Part shown: positions 63,143 to 64,000 of the stretch, one piece after another
Layout of the letters: each line of letters opens with the position of its first letter
Position numbering within the stretch: position 1 is the stretch's first letter
Source of the DNA: Phoronis australis
Taxonomy: Eukaryota; Animalia; Phoronida
Direction: 5' to 3'
NCBI GenBank assembly: GCA_002633005.1
Contig: NMRA01000517.1
Coordinates: forward strand, 101,827 to 165,826
Length of the DNA: 64,000 nucleotides
Made by a program: the position numbers and the translations under genes
Notes under the pieces: model-generated
What the model was told of the DNA's origin: nothing
Database searches by the model: none
What the model saw: only the letters and a program-made list of their open reading frames with translations

Positions 63143-64000
63143 CAACTTGCCAATTACTTCATGTTCAACTTTGAAATTTGAATATAGGCGTGAGTGACCT
63201 TATAATGTAACTTTCAAGCCAGACTCTTGGTTGTCACTGCTGAATTACTTCATTTGTTAACATGTGACACAGCATATTATGAATCTATATTAATTATTTC
63301 ATGGACAGCTCCACGGAGAGGAGGCAATCAGGCCTTGGGAGGTTTGAGTCAAGTAAAACGGATCAAGAGTAATTAATACCAACTATGTGTTAGTATAATT
63401 AATACCAACTATGTGTTAGTGGACCATAGCTAGTGATGATACTGACACTGACAAAGATGTCTATGCCATTTGATCACCACCAACTGAACATNTACATTGT
63501 ATATTTCTTCCTGCTTTGAAAAAAGAGCCCCCACTGTGAGCCTTCAGCGGCTTCCTAGTATTCAGTGTGAGTCCAAACTTGAAAGGTTCCTATTGACAGT
63601 GGGCGTCCAAATGATACATTGGGTGTCCTTGCCAGGGTGTCCATATTAGTACGCTGCACGAAGGCCTGCAACTTGCCAATTGTTTCATGTTCAACTTTGA
63701 AATTTGAGTATAATAGGCGTGAGTGATCTTATAATGTAGCTTTCAAGCCAGACTCTTGGTTGTCACTGCTGAATTACTTCATTTGTTAACATGTGACACA
63801 GCATATTATGAATCTATATTAATTATTTCATGGACAGCTCCACGGAGAGGAGGCAATCAGGCCTTGGGAGGTTTGAGTCAAGTAAAACGGATCAAGAGTA
63901 ATTAATACCAACTATGTGTTAGTATAATTAATACCAACTATGTGTTAGTGGACCATAGCTAGTGATGATACTGACACTGACAAAGATGTCTATGCCATTT
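62960..64000. repeat. Direct duplication of about 510 bp across an N at 63492 (probable assembly overlap)
   Basis: 62960-63470 is nearly identical to 63493-64000, with a few SNPs and indels. Confidence 0.85.

Noticed and set aside
62960-64000. Biological tandem duplication of about 510 bp
   Set aside because: The junction is an N and the second copy begins mid-MITE; a haplotype or contig overlap is more likely.

Overview
Repeat-rich animal genomic DNA, probably an invertebrate (inferred; the species cannot be determined from the sequence). It contains three spliced protein-coding genes, reconstructed by hand with GT-AG boundaries and consistent phases: (1) the last 9 exons of an unidentified + strand gene (2281-13254); (2) a complete prohibitin-1 gene (PHB1, +, 18870-27186, 6 coding exons, 271 aa); (3) an R3H+SUZ-domain RNA-binding protein of the R3HDM1/R3HDM2/ARPP21/encore family (-, 55589-32867, 16 coding exons, about 892 aa, including a 32-nt micro-exon). 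The rest is decayed mobile DNA: two Kolobok-like elements with THAP and KolX/P2X7-ballast-like remnants, three Penelope-like remnants with GIY-YIG tails and degenerate hammerhead cores, an L1/Tx1 RT fragment, several MITEs with readable TSDs, Helentron/HINE-like repeats, and dozens of minisatellites. The most unusual pattern is that minisatellites repeatedly start inside an exon end and copy the splice donor (or the stop codon) several times. Most long ORFs in the supplied track are translations of tandem repeats. No tRNA, rRNA or CRISPR array is supported.
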